Part shown: piece after piece, positions 35,933 through 45,181 of the stretch
Numbering within the stretch: position 1 is the first letter of the stretch
Layout of the letters: each line of letters opens with the position of its first letter
Virus record (IMG/VR): IMGVR_UViG_3300024308_000018
Span: 165,747-229,746 of that record
Length of the DNA: 64,000 nt
Strand: one strand, 5' to 3'
Made by a program: the position numbers and the translations under genes
Notes under the pieces: model-generated
What the model was told of the DNA's origin: nothing
The model's database searches: none
What the model saw: only the letters and a program-made list of their open reading frames with translations

Positions 35933-37767
35933 ACGATCTCCACGTCAGCGCTATTCTGTCCGCCAAAGGCACACTGGAACTTGCGCAGGTACTCTTCCAT
36001 CTTTTGGTACAGTGAGGCGAGGTCGAACGACGGGCCGTGCAGCTTGTCCAGAGAGAATGCGTCAAGGCATTTGCTCCCCAGCTTATCAGCAATTGCGTCG
36101 TTCATTTCACTCACTTTGTTGTCGGCGCATGGCGCATTCAACGTTGGCACATTGCGATAGCCTTCAGGGATGTCGCCGCGCGCAATCATGTCGTTGATGT
36201 CGCCTTCAAACTGACCCATGAGTGCTTCCATTTCCCCAAGTCTGGAATCGAGCAGTTGGAAAATGGTTGCCGGATTCTTGATGCCAAAGTCGAGCGACAG
36301 CTTCTCCAACGGCGACAGCATTCCGCACAGTCGGTTCGTGAACGCCGCCATACTGAACTCGCTCATTAGTGCGTCGAGCAAATCCGACTCTGGCCCGTAC
36401 TTGGCTGCAAGCTCGGGGAGATTGATTGCGGAACTTGCGGTCTCCACCATCTTGCCCATCATTGCATCCAGCTGCTGCGTCTGCTTCTCCACAACCTGAT
36501 CGATTGCGTTGAGGCCGTTGCCCATCTGACGCACGCCATCATTCTGCTGCGGCGGCCGCACGGTATCCGCTACGCTGGGCTGGCGGTTGCTCACCTTGTT
36601 CTTGCCGTTGTCTCCATCGACAAGTTCGGTCGTGCCCTTGGTGCCGACGAAGTTGCGCGTTAGCAGGGCCGCCGTGTGATAACTGCGCCGACGAATCAGC
36701 TCCGTGTATCCAGCGTACAACCACTTGCCGCTCTGCTTCTCGTTGAGCACTGCGCCCTTGGCCGTCACTGATCCGGCATAGAGCTGCACAGGGGTCAGCA
36801 GCTCCAAGTCTTTCAGCGAGCCATTGAAACGCACGCGGCAGAACTCAGAGAATGCTGCGTAGTTGCGACGCCAGTTATCGAGGGCTTCCACCCAGTGCTT
36901 GTGAACGTTGGCGCTCGCACCTTTCGAAATCGGCTGGTGCGGCTGGAACGTGTAGTTAGTTCCGGTGATTGCTTCGCGCTGCTTGGCGTTGACGTTGGGG
37001 CTACCGCCTGCCTTGATCTTACCCTTGCTGAAGCGCTCGACTTCGCCGTCGCCGTTGGTTGCCATCATGGTCGAGCCGTAGCCGACGTTCATGTTGAGGA
37101 AGCCGCTAATACTCTTCGAGCTGATCTCTTCGACGAGCACCGCACTACCGTTTTCCACAGGGTAGTTGTAGGAGAACACGGTCTTCGGTTCTTCCTGCAT
37201 CGCCTTGATAACGTCGATCAACTTCAGGCGCTTATCTTCGGTGACCACGACTTGGGGATAGCCGCCTTCCGGAATCCACATTCGCTGCTCAAGAGTTTCG
37301 AGGAACAGGCGTGGACTCTGGCCGAACGTAGTCCAGCGCATGTTGTCGTCGACGCCGCTGACGTTGGTCTCAAATTGCAGACCATACTCGCCTGCAATCT
37401 TCTTCGCAACGTCCAAGCTGGTGCCACGCTGAGCCATTGCCTTGGTGTCGTTGAAGAAGCCGGGGACATCGAGCAGGCAGGTTACGACCTTCAGAGATCG
37501 GTCGCGCTGTCCCACAACGATGAAGGTCGATGTCCGCATTACGTCGCGCGTCTTACCCCGAGAGATAGTGATGCGCGTTCCATCCACCAGAGCGAACGGC
37601 CCACTGAATGCGTCCTGATTATCGTTGAATGTGATCTGGGCACACGGCACACCGAGCACACTGTTGACGACGAGGATTTGAGAGATGCAGTCGCGCAGAC
37701 CGGGAATCTCTTGGTCGTTTATTTTCAGCGACAGGTAAAACTGACCACTGATGCCGCCTTCTGCCAT
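35929..37767 (-). CDS. Baseplate hub protein (gp27/GpD-like)
   Basis: Located upstream of the spike gene. Hub-like N-terminal beta pattern. AGGAGG RBS. Confidence 0.65.
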   Translation of the reverse strand: MAEGGISGQFYLSLKINDQEIPGLRDCISQILVVNSVLGVPCAQITFNDNQDAFSGPFALVDGTRITISRGKTRDVMRTSTFIVVGQRDRSLKVVTCLLDVPGFFNDTKAMAQRGTSLDVAKKIAGEYGLQFETNVSGVDDNMRWTTFGQSPRLFLETLEQRMWIPEGGYPQVVVTEDKRLKLIDVIKAMQEEPKTVFSYNYPVENGSAVLVEEISSKSISGFLNMNVGYGSTMMATNGDGEVERFSKGKIKAGGSPNVNAKQREAITGTNYTFQPHQPISKGASANVHKHWVEALDNWRRNYAAFSEFCRVRFNGSLKDLELLTPVQLYAGSVTAKGAVLNEKQSGKWLYAGYTELIRRRSYHTAALLTRNFVGTKGTTELVDGDNGKNKVSNRQPSVADTVRPPQQNDGVRQMGNGLNAIDQVVEKQTQQLDAMMGKMVETASSAINLPELAAKYGPESDLLDALMSEFSMAAFTNRLCGMLSPLEKLSLDFGIKNPATIFQLLDSRLGEMEALMGQFEGDINDMIARGDIPEGYRNVPTLNAPCADNKVSEMNDAIADKLGSKCLDAFSLDKLHGPSFDLASLYQKMEEYLRKFQCAFGGQNSADVEIV

Positions 37768-37775
37768 GATACCTC

Positions 37776-38042
37776 CTAGAACTCGTAGGTCTTGGTCTCG
37801 GCTTTCTTGGTGCGGTCAAGACGGGGAATGCGCAGGATCATTCCCGCGCGTACCTCACATTGATGCACCAGCCCGTTGAACGACAGGATGATATAGAACA
37901 GGTTGTGGTTGTTGTAGTAGCGCTTGGCGATAAGCTGCGGGTTCGCAACCTCCGTTGTCTTCACTTCGTGATTCGTGAAGTCACCGGTAAGCAAGTCGTA
38001 GGTCTTATCGCGCAGCGGATCCATCCCAAATTGATCAATCAT
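37776..38042 (-). CDS. Baseplate LysM-like/tail X protein (gp53-like)
   Basis: PQLIAKRYYNN..LFYIILSFNGL......AGMILRIP. GAGG RBS supports 38042. Confidence 0.75.
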   Translation of the reverse strand: MIDQFGMDPLRDKTYDLLTGDFTNHEVKTTEVANPQLIAKRYYNNHNLFYIILSFNGLVHQCEVRAGMILRIPRLDRTKKAETKTYEF

Positions 38043-38053
38043 AACAGACCTCT

Positions 38054-38794
38054 TTACAGATTGCCCAACGCTTGGGGATTGAACCATGCTTGCAGATCCT
38101 TACGAGTTACGGCGAAGTAGGATTCGACGGTCACCATGAAATCGGCAGCGATTGGATGTCCCGTCGAATCCTCGAACGCACAGTCGCCGCTCGCGCTCAC
38201 GTTGGTGATGATGGCGGGAGTCATGGCGAAGAACGTACCGAGACGGACGGTAAACGCTTCTTCAAGGTTGAACTCGTTGGTGGCAGTAACACCCACCGCA
38301 GAAGTCAAAGTGTCAACCGCAGCGTTGAGCACTTCCTTTGCTGGGGCGGGGCCCGGCGGGACAAAGAATCCCATCCACTCGTCGGGAGCCGCCATGCTCA
38401 GCAGCTGCACCATCGGATCCATTACCTCTTCCTGCGTCGAGTGATAAGCGTCGAGAAAGATTGGAAGCTCCAACGTCAGGTACTGCGGCGAATCCCAAAC
38501 CCGCGCACTCGCCAACTTGTGGATCGACGAGTAGCCTGCAAACTTGAGTGCCTTGTTGGCGTTCTGCGCTCTGTTGTTGGGCACATCCGCCAGCGATACG
38601 CCAGCGAACGGAGAAGCCCAGTTACTTGCAAGGCTGATGTTGAAATCCTCCGGCACGTAACCGGAGAACTTAACGGAGCCCGCTTTGTTGTGAATGTGCA
38701 GTTGGTACATCTTGTCAACGTGCACCATGTCACTACGTCCACGCGCTTGGCCTGCGGCAACGGTAGCCGCTCCGCGCATGAAATAGTTAGCCAT
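38054..38794 (-). CDS. Tail tube initiator/baseplate protein
   Basis: Position between tape measure and LysM genes, with a tube-initiator-like beta pattern. Confidence 0.55.
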   Translation of the reverse strand: MANYFMRGAATVAAGQARGRSDMVHVDKMYQLHIHNKAGSVKFSGYVPEDFNISLASNWASPFAGVSLADVPNNRAQNANKALKFAGYSSIHKLASARVWDSPQYLTLELPIFLDAYHSTQEEVMDPMVQLLSMAAPDEWMGFFVPPGPAPAKEVLNAAVDTLTSAVGVTATNEFNLEEAFTVRLGTFFAMTPAIITNVSASGDCAFEDSTGHPIAADFMVTVESYFAVTRKDLQAWFNPQALGNL

Positions 38795-38804
38795 GCTTTT
38801 CTCC

Positions 38805-41096
38805 TTAGATACGTCCGGTCAGTATGCTTCCCAGACCGTGATCGGTAAGCAACAGCGGCATGTCATCAAGCGACGTTGGGTCAGTTGCGGCCTGTGCAAT
38901 GTTCTGCGGAACCTCGCGCCTGCTTCGGCTGGACGACTGGGCATTAGTTGCTGAGCGTCCTTCCGGTTTAGGTGCGGCAGGTGCTGCCAACATTGGCGGT
39001 GGTGGCGGTGTGGTCTGCGTCACGATGTTATCGCTGGTGTCGGTGCGCGCTACCGTGACTTCCGGCGTTGACTTGGTGTCACGGCCGACAGTCTTATCAG
39101 CCTGTTCGGCTTTGGGTTCTGTCGCTTTTGCCTGCGCCTGATAATCCGCGTGCGACTTCGTGATGTTGCGGACGTAGCCTTGCGTTTCGCGGGGCATGTG
39201 CGGCAGGAGATCGTTGATGTCGGTGGAGCCCGTGCGCTTGATCAATTTCTGCATGTTGCCGGGGCCCCAGTTGTAGGCAGCGAGCGCAACCGGAACGTTA
39301 CCGTCGAACATCTTGATCATCTGCGACAGGTATTTGGTGCCGCCCTCGACGTTCTGCTCTGGGTCGTGGGAATCACGCACACCGAGTTCGCGCGCAGTAC
39401 CCGGCATGAGCTGCATCAAGCCGCTGGCCCCGACGTGGGATCTAGCGTCATTCTTGCCGCCGGACTCTTGCTTGATAACGCTACGCACCAGCATGGGGTC
39501 GAGGCCGCGCTTGGCCGCCTTTTCCTCAATCAGCCCAGACCAGTTAGACAGCCGCGCTTCCAGCTTGTCGTTGACTGGCAGGTTCTTCAACACACCTTGG
39601 CCCGCAACGTAGTTGGGATCCGCGCGATAGTCGAGGCGCTGACTTGGGGAACCCGCACGTGGGATCACGTTGTCACGGTTCGCGCCATAGCCGCCGCCTG
39701 AAGCATACGACATTCCGCTGATGCCCTGCGCGTAGTTCCCGGCAGTGGGCGAGCCGTTGCCGATTCCCAACAGACGTTGCCACCAACTGGCCCCGCTGTT
39801 TTTGGTGTCCGCCGCTTTCGCCAGCTTCTCCAAATCAGGGGACTTGAGTTCGGCTTGAACCTTGTGCGCGTCCTCGTCCTTCTTCACTTGGTCGTCACGC
39901 ACCACAACGTCGTACACCATAGTGCCAGCTTCTTCGCCCGCTTCGCTACCGAACCACGAACCGACGCCACCACCAAGCACCGCACCGACCGCAGTACCAA
40001 CAGCGGCACCCACAGCAGTACCCAATATGGGAACAACAGATCCCACTAGGGCACCAGCGGCAGCCCCACCTTGGGCGCCGAGCCACGCACCGCCAGCACC
40101 ACCGACTACGGATCCCGCAGTAGCGCCGCCGAGTTTGCTATACTCCTTGTCCTTCTCTTTGTCGGTGAGCGTGTCGTTGTCCTTGATGGACATGACTTCG
40201 TTGCCGACCAGACCGAGCGTCAGCAGCGATCCGGCAATGCCTCCGATTTTGCCGAGGCCGCCGAGCTTGCTGAATAGTCCCTTCTCTGCGGTTGCGGCTT
40301 TCGTCGCGCGCTTCAGATCAGGTGCGTCTTCGGCAGCAGCGGCCGCAGTGCGTTTGACATCAGGCGTTTCTGTTTTCGGCTTCTGCTTACGTTCGGTGTC
40401 GATCTCTTCGGGTTCCGGTGCGTCGCCCAAAACAGTGCTGGCACCAGCGAGACCCAGTGCACCGGTTGCAGCAAGCGCGACAGCTTTGCCCGCCGTGCTC
40501 ATACCGGAAAGCAGTTTACCCCCAGCACGCGAGAAGAAACCAGCCTTCTTGGGGGTGGGGGTTCTGCGAGTGCGCGTTTTCTTCTTGCGGTCTCGGCCGT
40601 TACCGCCGATGTCGGCACCGCCGCCGCCGAACATGTCGCCGAGCAGACTGCCACCTTGTTGCTGCTGTGCAACTTGGTCACGCTGGCGATTGTGCAGCGC
40701 ATCCATTTCATCAAGGCGGCGGCGCTCTCGGGTCTCAGCCCGCAGGATCTGAACTTGGCGCTTCTCCCACTTCCACCACTTGCCGATAAGTTCGAGCAGT
40801 TGGTCGAGGCGTTCGTTGCTGCCGAGCAACAGGTCTTCCATCTTCACGGTGCTGATGGTGGAGAACGCTTCTTGATAAGCGGAGTCCACTTCTTCGGGTT
40901 TGGCACGATCAATGTTCGGGGCTTCGGTGCGCTCAGTCACTGCCGCCTGATCTTGTTTGACAAAGCGGCCGCGCTCGTCACGTGCTCTGGGTTTGCCACG
41001 CGACTTACGCTCTTTCGTCGGCTCGCCAATGACACCGCCTAAAGCCACGGCATCGGCTGCTGCTGTAAGCAACGCGTAATGTGAGGGCAGAATCAT
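38805..41096 (-). CDS. Tape-measure-like tail protein with a lytic transglycosylase (SLT) domain
   Basis: VIKQESGG, GASGLMQLMPGTA, N.EGGTKYL, ALAAYNWGPG (about 39170-39520), plus a glycine-zipper membrane region. Confidence 0.88.
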   Translation of the reverse strand: MILPSHYALLTAAADAVALGGVIGEPTKERKSRGKPRARDERGRFVKQDQAAVTERTEAPNIDRAKPEEVDSAYQEAFSTISTVKMEDLLLGSNERLDQLLELIGKWWKWEKRQVQILRAETRERRRLDEMDALHNRQRDQVAQQQQGGSLLGDMFGGGGADIGGNGRDRKKKTRTRRTPTPKKAGFFSRAGGKLLSGMSTAGKAVALAATGALGLAGASTVLGDAPEPEEIDTERKQKPKTETPDVKRTAAAAAEDAPDLKRATKAATAEKGLFSKLGGLGKIGGIAGSLLTLGLVGNEVMSIKDNDTLTDKEKDKEYSKLGGATAGSVVGGAGGAWLGAQGGAAAGALVGSVVPILGTAVGAAVGTAVGAVLGGGVGSWFGSEAGEEAGTMVYDVVVRDDQVKKDEDAHKVQAELKSPDLEKLAKAADTKNSGASWWQRLLGIGNGSPTAGNYAQGISGMSYASGGGYGANRDNVIPRAGSPSQRLDYRADPNYVAGQGVLKNLPVNDKLEARLSNWSGLIEEKAAKRGLDPMLVRSVIKQESGGKNDARSHVGASGLMQLMPGTARELGVRDSHDPEQNVEGGTKYLSQMIKMFDGNVPVALAAYNWGPGNMQKLIKRTGSTDINDLLPHMPRETQGYVRNITKSHADYQAQAKATEPKAEQADKTVGRDTKSTPEVTVARTDTSDNIVTQTTPPPPPMLAAPAAPKPEGRSATNAQSSSRSRREVPQNIAQAATDPTSLDDMPLLLTDHGLGSILTGRI

Positions 41097-41098
41097 GG

Positions 41099-41965
41099 TT
41101 AACTCCTATGGGCCGCCGCAGCTTCCCGTTTCTTGCGCTCTGCCTCCCGCCTGTCTTGCACGTAGCAGCCATGGTGATACAGCAGGCGCTTGAGCGGAAT
41201 GTCTTCGGGGATGCAGGCGTTGAAGTGCATGCTCAGGTTGAATTGCATGTTCATCATCGACACGTCGCTGAAGACGCGCAGGAATCCGAACATGTCGAGG
41301 GGGTCAACGCTGAGAACTTCGTTGGGGCAGAATTGACAGCGCAGTTTCTGCTGCACAACAATGCGCGAGTACATGTGTCGCTTGATTGTCGCAAGCTCTC
41401 CACACGTCAGAGAATCCGCGATGGCTTCCAGCGGCCAGTCACAGTCCACCCAGCGGGCCGCCATGATCAATTCTTCCGGGTAGCCTTTCTTGATTGCGGA
41501 GTACGCGGGTTCCAGCGAACTAACCAGCGGGTGCTTCATGTTCGCGGGTAACGTGCGACGTGCACCCTCAACTTTGACAGTGAGGCGGACGTCTTGCGTA
41601 TTGAGGGAGCCGCACACAGTTTTCCGATACTTCGGATTGTGTGGATTGACTGGTGTGTAGTCGAAGCCCGGTGTGCCCTCGACGCCTTTGACCCAGCGGG
41701 GAGCAAGGCAGTGCCAGTTCATGACGCGGCTGTCTTCGGTGTACGACACACGGTCAACTAGAGCGAGCAGGTAGCGGAAGTCATCGTCATCCATCGACAT
41801 CACGTCATGCGTGCACAGACTCTGGATAACGTCGATCAGCAGTTCCGGCGAACGATAGCGAATCGCCGTGAACAGCGGGCCCATGTGATTGGACAACATT
41901 GGGTAGAGGCCAACGTCGTCGAGCCCGCTGGGGAATCCGCCGAAGCGGGCAGCGATGTTACTCAA
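41099..41965 (-). CDS. Baseplate hub assembly/tail chaperone (gp26/gp51-like)
   Basis: CxxC near the C-terminus and position upstream of the tape measure. The TTG start is uncertain. Confidence 0.5.
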   Translation of the reverse strand: MSNIAARFGGFPSGLDDVGLYPMLSNHMGPLFTAIRYRSPELLIDVIQSLCTHDVMSMDDDDFRYLLALVDRVSYTEDSRVMNWHCLAPRWVKGVEGTPGFDYTPVNPHNPKYRKTVCGSLNTQDVRLTVKVEGARRTLPANMKHPLVSSLEPAYSAIKKGYPEELIMAARWVDCDWPLEAIADSLTCGELATIKRHMYSRIVVQQKLRCQFCPNEVLSVDPLDMFGFLRVFSDVSMMNMQFNLSMHFNACIPEDIPLKRLLYHHGCYVQDRREAERKKREAAAAHRS

Positions 41966-42695
41966 AGAACACCCCGATGTTCATTTGCCACGTGGTGGTA
42001 GACTGGCGACCACACTGCGGGCAAAGCAGGAATGCACCGTTGCGCACGCCGTGGTTGTTCTGCGACAGCCAGCGGCCAGCGTTCATGAGATCGGCAGCTT
42101 CCAGTTCGTCGATGTCGTGAGCAGCGAGTACCATGTGCAGCAGGTGAACACGATCCGTTGAATCGTAATCGTCCTCTCCCAGTTGACGCAGCAGCGGCAG
42201 CGTCATGTTTGGCAGCGGTGCCTTCTGCATGCAGTCACTGTGAACGTGCATCACTTGGATGTCTTCGGCAGTGAGGTAAGCACTGGCGTGTCCGCCACAG
42301 GCTTCAACGCTGAGAACGGTCGCGGTCTCCGGAACGTCGCTTGCCGAGTACACGGAAGTCTGCATGCCGTTGGCCTCAACGATGTGATAGACCGGATGGT
42401 TGCACACACCTTTGAGCAGCATCGGCACGCCAGATTCTTGCCACTGACGAACTACCAGTTGCCACGCGTCGTAGATGGTCAGACTGTTCATCAGGTTGTC
42501 GACGTCACACGATTCGGGATCGATGCAGTCGCGCAGTGCGTGCCCGAAAGCCATCAGCTCTTCCGTCGCGTTCTTGGGTTTGGCTTCCCATACGCGCCGC
42601 AGATCAGCACCGCGAAACTTCCGCATCTCGAACGACTCAATGGGAGGATCGGCGACTACCAGTTTGGAACCAAGTTCGTTAGCGGTAACAAGCAT
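41958..42695 (-). CDS. Baseplate hub assembly/tail chaperone
   Basis: TAATG coupling and GGAG RBS give start 42695. C-terminal CPQC. Confidence 0.5.
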   Translation of the reverse strand: MLVTANELGSKLVVADPPIESFEMRKFRGADLRRVWEAKPKNATEELMAFGHALRDCIDPESCDVDNLMNSLTIYDAWQLVVRQWQESGVPMLLKGVCNHPVYHIVEANGMQTSVYSASDVPETATVLSVEACGGHASAYLTAEDIQVMHVHSDCMQKAPLPNMTLPLLRQLGEDDYDSTDRVHLLHMVLAAHDIDELEAADLMNAGRWLSQNNHGVRNGAFLLCPQCGRQSTTTWQMNIGVFFE

Positions 42696-43207
42696 TATGT
42701 ACTCCAGATAAGACGACAAGCATCACACTTGAACTGAACGACCAGAGGCTCATTGGACGGTTGACGCGCAAGCGCCAGCCCGTCGAAAGACATAGGCCAG
42801 CAGTTGCGTACTTCAATCGTCACGACGAGTTGCCCTGTCGTATCGTACAGCCCACAGCTGATGTTCTTCTTGTAGGTGGACGGGAGACGGAAGGCACCAT
42901 TGTACGGATTCTGAATCAACTGCTGCCACGTATCGAAGTAGCGCAGAGCATGCAGTTTCGCAGTGGTTGCCGCCTCCATTGAGAATTGGCCGGGCCGAGT
43001 ACCGTTGGCGAAGTAGATTTCGCTGGATGCAATGTTCTTCGCGCGCTCTTGCAGCACGTTGAACGGAGGCGTCACAGCTTCAATCAATTCAATGGGGAGC
43101 TTGAGGCCGCCGATGTCGGGCAACGCCAGCACTTTCCATTTGTCTGATTGCCACGGCTCGTATTGACCTTCAGAGTGTTTTTCTAGTTGTGCCAGCGTAA
43201 CGGTCAT
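42695..43207 (-). CDS. Tail-tube-like paralogue (gp19/gp54-like)
   Basis: YFDTWQQLI...G.F....YKKNI...LYD.TG......CWP, parallel to the 43914 tube protein. Confidence 0.7.
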   Translation of the reverse strand: MTVTLAQLEKHSEGQYEPWQSDKWKVLALPDIGGLKLPIELIEAVTPPFNVLQERAKNIASSEIYFANGTRPGQFSMEAATTAKLHALRYFDTWQQLIQNPYNGAFRLPSTYKKNISCGLYDTTGQLVVTIEVRNCWPMSFDGLALARQPSNEPLVVQFKCDACRLIWST

Positions 43208-43869
43208 GAATCCACCTTAACCATTAACACCGCCCGCTCGGGCTGCGTCTTGGAAGTTGGCTGCTGCACAACGGCTCCGACTTCGTGGTTGGTGCCTGCC
43301 ATGGCGGCGAGCAGCAGTTTCTCCGCGTGCTTCTCCCACTGCTCAGCTTTCAACTTCGATTCCACGTAGGAGGAAGTCGCATCGTAGTAGAAGACTTTGC
43401 CGTCACCCATATCAGCGTTGCGCATGTAGGTAATACTGCGCGGCTTGGGGAACGCTTGCTTGCGAAGAGCAGTCAGGATGTCTTTGGCGTTGCCTACAGC
43501 TTTGGTTTTGGTATCGGGGGCCGGATCGGCTGGCGGCTGTGCCGTTGGGTCACGTGGAACGTTCGCGCCCTTGACCAGTCTGCTGTTGTTTACAGCTTTG
43601 CCCTTCACTCGTCCCTTGTAATACGTTGCACGGCTCATGAGGGAACGTGCGGTTTTCGCATCGCACTTGAACAGCTCAGTCGGCAGGTCTTCGTGTGCAA
43701 CGTAGAACACACCACGCGGCCCGATGAAGATACCGAAGCGTTCGCCCGCATCTATCTGAACTTCGTATTCCTTGTTTTCGAGATATACACCACGCGCCCC
43801 AGTGAACTTGAACCAATCGAATTCAGTGTACTGCGGCTTGGCGGCGGATAGGCTCAAATTTAAGAGCAT
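43204..43869 (-). CDS. Putative internal head protein
   Basis: GGAGG RBS and leader MLLNLSLSA. Confidence 0.55.
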   Translation of the reverse strand: MLLNLSLSAAKPQYTEFDWFKFTGARGVYLENKEYEVQIDAGERFGIFIGPRGVFYVAHEDLPTELFKCDAKTARSLMSRATYYKGRVKGKAVNNSRLVKGANVPRDPTAQPPADPAPDTKTKAVGNAKDILTALRKQAFPKPRSITYMRNADMGDGKVFYYDATSSYVESKLKAEQWEKHAEKLLLAAMAGTNHEVGAVVQQPTSKTQPERAVLMVKVDS

Positions 43870-43878
43870 AGATCCTCC

Positions 43879-43900
43879 AAAGGGGGCACTAGGCCCCCTT
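43879..43900 (-). terminator. Terminator after the tail tube gene
   Basis: - strand GGGGGC-CTAGT-GCCCCC-TTT. Confidence 0.8.
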
Positions 43901-43913
43901 ATCGCTACTGCGT

Positions 43914-44429
43914 TCAGTCCGCATCGGTCTTGATGTAGTCGAACTTGAAGTCAATAGAACAGGGAACAGCTTGCGCCGCGCCACTGAACTGGTAGTCAGG
44001 CACCTGACCCGGCCACACGCCCTTGATGGTGGTTTCATCCACCAGCGCGCCAGTTTGATCCAGCAGGCGGAAGGTTACGGTCGCGGCGTATTCTTTCTTG
44101 AACTTGCCAGTTGCCGTTTGGGTGGCGCGAATCAACGCCTGCCACTTGCGCATGATCTTGAGGATCTTCGCTTGGTGGTTTTCGTTGAACTCCATCTGGA
44201 ACGAGCCGCTGAAAGTCTTACGGCCCGCGTAACGGAGTTGGTAACCGAACGCTTCTTTGATCACTTCCTCGATGGTTGCACCGGGCAGCGTACCAGTTTT
44301 GGTATGGATACGCAGGCTCTTGGCACCATCCATGCCGTCGACGGGCAGGTTGGAGAAGATGATCTCGAAGTTATCGTCGAGCATCGGGTCGCCAGTGGAC
44401 TCGAACTCGTCAAGGGTAGGCTTAGACAT
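43914..44429 (-). CDS. Tail tube protein (T4 gp19-like)
   Basis: DPMLDDNFEI, TLPG.TIEE....FG....YAGRKTF, W..LI....G..K.EY......LLDQ.G......GVWP. Confidence 0.88.
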   Translation of the reverse strand: MSKPTLDEFESTGDPMLDDNFEIIFSNLPVDGMDGAKSLRIHTKTGTLPGATIEEVIKEAFGYQLRYAGRKTFSGSFQMEFNENHQAKILKIMRKWQALIRATQTATGKFKKEYAATVTFRLLDQTGALVDETTIKGVWPGQVPDYQFSGAAQAVPCSIDFKFDYIKTDAD

Positions 44430-44441
44430 GATGTCTCCTGT

Positions 44442-45179
44442 TTACTTGGCCGGAGTAGCAGCGGCTTTCTTGGCGGCAGCCAGCTGGGTTTTGGTTGCGT
44501 GACGCAGAACCAGAACACCCGCACCCGGTACGTTGATGTAAACGGCGGGCATGCCACGCGCCGGAGTAGACTCGAACACGTTGGCGGGTTTGATCTTGGA
44601 GCCCGCAGCGCCGAGGATGGTGTTCACCACAAGGTCAGCGGACTTGCGGAAGTCTGCGACGTTGGCCGCAGTGTTCGCTTGGCTGATCTCGGTGGCGCGG
44701 CCCTTGGTCTTGTCCAGTCCGCCCATGTGGGTTTCGATGGCCTTGATCAGGTCACGCTGGATAGCGGCAGCTTCTTTGCCCAGAATGCGCACGTCGTAGA
44801 TCGGTGCGATGGTGGCGTAGGCGTCGGTCGCGGTCTTACGGCTCATGACACGGAAGGCACGCTTGCGCAGATAGGCCGGGTCGCCCTTCTTGGCTTTGAC
44901 CGCAGAGTAGTTCTCGGCCTTGGAGTGTGCCTTCTTGTTCACCACGTAGTAGCCAACAGGCTTCAGCGCTTTCTCGATCTGCTTCGGAGTCTTGGCACCG
45001 ATGCGAGCGATAACCTTGTCGGCTACCGCGTCACCCTTGGCGTGTGCCTTAGCGAAACGCTCGGCGGCGGCAACGATCTTCTTGCCAGCGGCTTCAGCCT
45101 TCTTGATGTTCAGGTGCTTGTCAGCATCCAGAAAGTCAGCGGCTGCGGAAACGGATACGGTCTTGATGTTCAGCTTCAT
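44442..45179 (-). CDS. Highly expressed Lys/Ala-rich basic protein (putative internal head protein)
   Basis: Leader MKLNIKTVSVSA, very basic, strong codon bias. Confidence 0.6.
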   Translation of the reverse strand: MKLNIKTVSVSAAADFLDADKHLNIKKAEAAGKKIVAAAERFAKAHAKGDAVADKVIARIGAKTPKQIEKALKPVGYYVVNKKAHSKAENYSAVKAKKGDPAYLRKRAFRVMSRKTATDAYATIAPIYDVRILGKEAAAIQRDLIKAIETHMGGLDKTKGRATEISQANTAANVADFRKSADLVVNTILGAAGSKIKPANVFESTPARGMPAVYINVPGAGVLVLRHATKTQLAAAKKAAATPAK

Positions 45180-45181
45180 GG

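Noticed and set aside
41955-41975. Programmed frameshift joining the two tail chaperone-like genes
   Set aside because: The -1 frame hits TGA immediately and no slippery heptamer is present. A TTG or later start explains the downstream ORF.
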